A DNA stretch of 64,000 nt from positions 25,734 to 89,733 of the forward strand of contig PLSD01000123.1 in NCBI GenBank assembly GCA_003164135.1. The letters run 5' to 3'. Source of the stretch: Acetobacteraceae bacterium. Lineage in GTDB: Bacteria > Pseudomonadota > Alphaproteobacteria > Acetobacterales > Acetobacteraceae. Shown one piece after another: positions 61,334-64,000 of the stretch. Each line of letters opens with the position of its first letter. Within the stretch, counting starts at the first letter, position 1. The notes beneath the pieces were generated by a model. That model saw only the letters and a program-made list of their open reading frames with translations. It was not told where the DNA came from and did not search any database. The position numbers and the translations under genes are program-made.

Positions 61334-62071
61334 ATGCCCCCTATCATCTCCATCCGGGACGTCAGCCAAACCTTCGGCCCCCGCACCATCTTCAAAAACG
61401 TCAGCTTCGACATCGAGCCTGGCGAAGTCTTCGTCATTCTCGGCGGCTCCGGCTGCGGCAAATCCACCCTCCTCAAGCAGATTATCGGCCTGCTCCGCCC
61501 CACCTCCGGCCACATCACCGTCGCCGGCCACTCGGTCACCGACGACGTCGAGGCCGTGCGCAAAACCATCGGCGTCATGTTCCAGTCCGGCGCCTTGTTC
61601 GGCTCCATGACCCTGCTGGAGAACGTTGCCCTCGCGCTCGCCGTCTTCACCGACCTCCCCGCTGCCGCCCGCAACGAGATCGCCCGCATCAAACTGGCCC
61701 TGGTCGGCCTCGCCGGCGCCGTGGACCTCCTGCCCGCCGAAGTCTCGGGCGGCATGGTCAAGCGCGCCGCCATCGCCCGCGCCCTGGCGCTGGACCCGCC
61801 CATCCTCCTGCTCGACGAACCCTCCGCCGGGCTAGACCCCATCACCTCCGCCGGCCTCGACCGCCTGATCCTCGAACTGCGCGACGCCCTCGGCGCCACC
61901 TTCGTCGTCGTCACGCACGAGCTGCCCTCCATCCTCGCCATCGCCGACCGCTGCGCCATGCTGGACGCCAAAGCCGAGGGCCTCATCGCCCTCGGGCCGC
62001 CGGCCGATTTAAAAGCCAACGCCACCGACCCCATGGTAAAAGCCTTCTTCAACCGGGAGACGCCGCAATGA
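61334..62071 (+). CDS. MlaF-family ABC ATPase
   Basis: GGSGCGKS, SGGMVKR, LLDEPSAGLDP, VTHE. Confidence 0.93.
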   Translation: MPPIISIRDVSQTFGPRTIFKNVSFDIEPGEVFVILGGSGCGKSTLLKQIIGLLRPTSGHITVAGHSVTDDVEAVRKTIGVMFQSGALFGSMTLLENVALALAVFTDLPAAARNEIARIKLALVGLAGAVDLLPAEVSGGMVKRAAIARALALDPPILLLDEPSAGLDPITSAGLDRLILELRDALGATFVVVTHELPSILAIADRCAMLDAKAEGLIALGPPADLKANATDPMVKAFFNRETPQ

Positions 62072-62204
62072 CCCCCCGCAGCCACGCGCTCAGACCAGAG
62101 GACCGAAATTTTGACTTTTTCAAAATGAGGTCCGGCGGTCGTGCGCGCGGGGCCGGGGAGGCGTCCGTGCGCCAAACAGAGTCTCAGAGCGGAGGGCATT
62201 CTTC

Positions 62205-63188
62205 ATGACCGCCGCCCTGAGAGTTGGCATGTTCGTCTTCGCTGGAGCCATCGCCTTGCTGGCGCTCCTCTTTTTCCTCAGCGGCGCGGTCCTGCACCCC
62301 GGCACGCCTTACGAGACCTATTTCCAGGAATCCGTGCAGGGCCTCGACATCGGCACCGCCGTCAAATTCCGCGGCGTCACCATCGGCAAAATCACTGACA
62401 TCGGCCTCGTTGCCGCCGAATACCCGCCCCCGGACGGCGCCCAGAATCAAAAAGTCTACCGGCAGGTCGTCGTGCGCTTCACCATCGACCCCAAAAAGCT
62501 CGGCCGCACCACCAACATCCCCAACGCCATCGCGCACGGCCTGCGCGTGCAAATCGAACCCCAGGGCATCACCGGCCTCGCCTATCTGGAACTCAGCTAC
62601 GTCAGCCCGCAGCAATACCCCATCGCCTCCATCCCCTGGGCGCCCGATTCCACCTTTATCCCCTCCATGCCCAGCACGCTCACCCAGATTCAGGACGCAG
62701 CAGAACAGGTCATGTCCTCGCTCTCCAAAGTCGACCTCGGTAAAATCGTCACCCAGTTCAGCACACTCATCACCACCCTCACCAACGAGGTCACCACCGG
62801 CGACGCCCACCAGGCCGTCGCCGCCGCCAACACCCTGCTGACCAACCTCAACACCACGTTGAATGCCACGGATCTGCCGGCCACTACGGCCTCCATCCGC
62901 AACCTCGCCTCCGGCCCGCAAACGGTGCAAATCCTCGCCCAGCTCAACAAGACCACCGCGCAGCTCGCCAAAATCAGCGCCCAGCTCCCCGCTCTGGTCG
63001 CCTCCTCGCAAGCCACCATCAACCAGGCCAATGAGACGACAGCAGACCTGCAAGCCCAGCTCCTGCCCATGCTGCAGGACATGAAAACCACCACCGCAAA
63101 CCTGCGCGAGCTCTCCTCCGAGCTGTCCCGCAACCCCTCCCAGGTCATTCTCAGCGCGCCACCCCCGCCCGACGGAGCCACCAAATGA
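62205..63188 (+). CDS. MCE/MlaD-family protein
   Basis: TM anchor, SVQGL..G..VKFRGV.IG, QGITG, helical tail. Confidence 0.9.
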   Translation: MTAALRVGMFVFAGAIALLALLFFLSGAVLHPGTPYETYFQESVQGLDIGTAVKFRGVTIGKITDIGLVAAEYPPPDGAQNQKVYRQVVVRFTIDPKKLGRTTNIPNAIAHGLRVQIEPQGITGLAYLELSYVSPQQYPIASIPWAPDSTFIPSMPSTLTQIQDAAEQVMSSLSKVDLGKIVTQFSTLITTLTNEVTTGDAHQAVAAANTLLTNLNTTLNATDLPATTASIRNLASGPQTVQILAQLNKTTAQLAKISAQLPALVASSQATINQANETTADLQAQLLPMLQDMKTTTANLRELSSELSRNPSQVILSAPPPPDGATK

Positions 63189-63790
63189 ACCGCCGCCTCA
63201 TCCTCCTGGCACCTTTCGCCCTATCGGCCTGCACCTCGCTGCTGCCCGCGCCAAAATACATCGCCCGCACCAACTGGCCGCTCGCCCCGCAACCCCCGGC
63301 GCAAAACCCCGCCAACCCCTCCGGCCCCATTCTCATGGTCCGCCCCATTACCGCCGCCCCCGGCCTGGACCAGCAAGGCCTGCAATCCCTGGCGCCCGGC
63401 GGCAGCCTCACCATCGATTATTACAACAACTGGGCCGTCCAACCCGCTGACGCCGTCACCCAATCCCTCATCAACTGGACCCAAGCCAGCGGCGCCTTTG
63501 CCGCCGTCATCACCCCCGGCAGCCGCCTCACCCCCACGCTCATCGTCGAGGGCGAACTCACCCAATTCCTCGCCGACCCCGGGCACGCCCAGGCCATCGC
63601 CGTGCTCACTCTGGTCATCATCAAACCCGCCGCCGGCCTCACCACCAAGGCACTCCCGCTGGCGCAAACCCTCATCACCGGCACCGCCCCACTCACCGGC
63701 AACACTCCCGCCGCGCAAGCCGCCGCGCAAGCCGCCGCCCTCGCCAACGCCCTCACCCAAGCCACGGCCCTCATCACCCGCAGTTTTTAA
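63185..63790 (+). CDS. ABC-transport auxiliary lipoprotein (PqiC-like)
   Basis: Lipobox LSAC, YYNNW...P; follows the MCE gene with ATGA overlap. Confidence 0.8.
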   Translation: MNRRLILLAPFALSACTSLLPAPKYIARTNWPLAPQPPAQNPANPSGPILMVRPITAAPGLDQQGLQSLAPGGSLTIDYYNNWAVQPADAVTQSLINWTQASGAFAAVITPGSRLTPTLIVEGELTQFLADPGHAQAIAVLTLVIIKPAAGLTTKALPLAQTLITGTAPLTGNTPAAQAAAQAAALANALTQATALITRSF

Positions 63791-63897
63791 CCGTCATGCC
63801 AGCGCAGGCTGGCACAACCGGCTAGCCCCGCCCCCGCCTTGCGTCACCCCGCCATTTGCACCAAAAGCGCCCTCCACTTTCTCAAAGGCGCGGCTAC

Positions 63898-64000
63898 ATG
63901 ACCAGGCTGATCGGCATCGATTTCGGCACCACCAACAGCGTGGTCGCGGTGCTGACCCCCGACGGCCGCATCGAGACCGCCCGCTTCGCCATGGGTGCCG
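63898..64000 (+). CDS. Hsp70-family protein (YegD-like), 5' fragment
   Basis: MTRLIGIDFGTTNSVVA phosphate-1 motif; truncated by window end. Confidence 0.8.
   Translation, partial: MTRLIGIDFGTTNSVVAVLTPDGRIETARFAMGA

Noticed and set aside
63793-63814. GTCATGCCAGC-GCAG-GCTGGCA REP-like hairpin
   Set aside because: Single clear copy in the window; cannot be told apart from a simple terminator stem

Overview
GC-rich alphaproteobacterial chromosome segment. Gene content and order suggest an acidophilic Acetobacteraceae (Acidocella/Acidiphilium-like); this is inference only. Left core: cpoB/ybgF (3' part)-tilS-ftsH, a 1.6-kb AT-rich gap (orphan secreted-protein gene, a 162-bp IS5/IS1031-type MITE, a perfect DnaA box plus IHF site), gpt and a pnp without rpsO. 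From 8.1 to 35.6 kb lies an accessory block ending at the 3' end of tRNA-Leu(TAA). It holds (i) a module marked by FNR/FixK boxes: phaC-adh, a complete N-type ATPase operon atpDCQRBEFAG with a proton-type c subunit, a divergent phaZ, and CBS and host-attachment-family genes; (ii) an NO-defence module (nsrR, single-domain globin, Dnr/NnrR-like regulator, class II hcp, 2Fe-2S/FAD reductase); (iii) an acyl-CoA catabolic cluster with an LvaA/LvaB-like kinase pair and an unknown 371-aa enzyme; (iv) a suhB/MmgR-like sRNA. Right core: PBP1A, GT87, ubiH/L-like hydroxylase, sigma54-driven amt, ftsK, FixK-like regulator, cupin, GST, phaZ, chrA, his operon, MFS, PuuD-like hydrolase, mctP plus small partner, NRDE, purB, TerC, an Mla/PqiC-type ABC system and the start of an Hsp70-family gene. 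Best leads: the low-oxygen N-ATPase/PHA module, the lva-like pathway with no LvaC-type enzyme, the split-flavohaemoglobin/Hcp module with a 53-bp palindromic operator, and a possible replichore boundary near 3.5-5.1 kb. All calls are by eye; no database searches were run.
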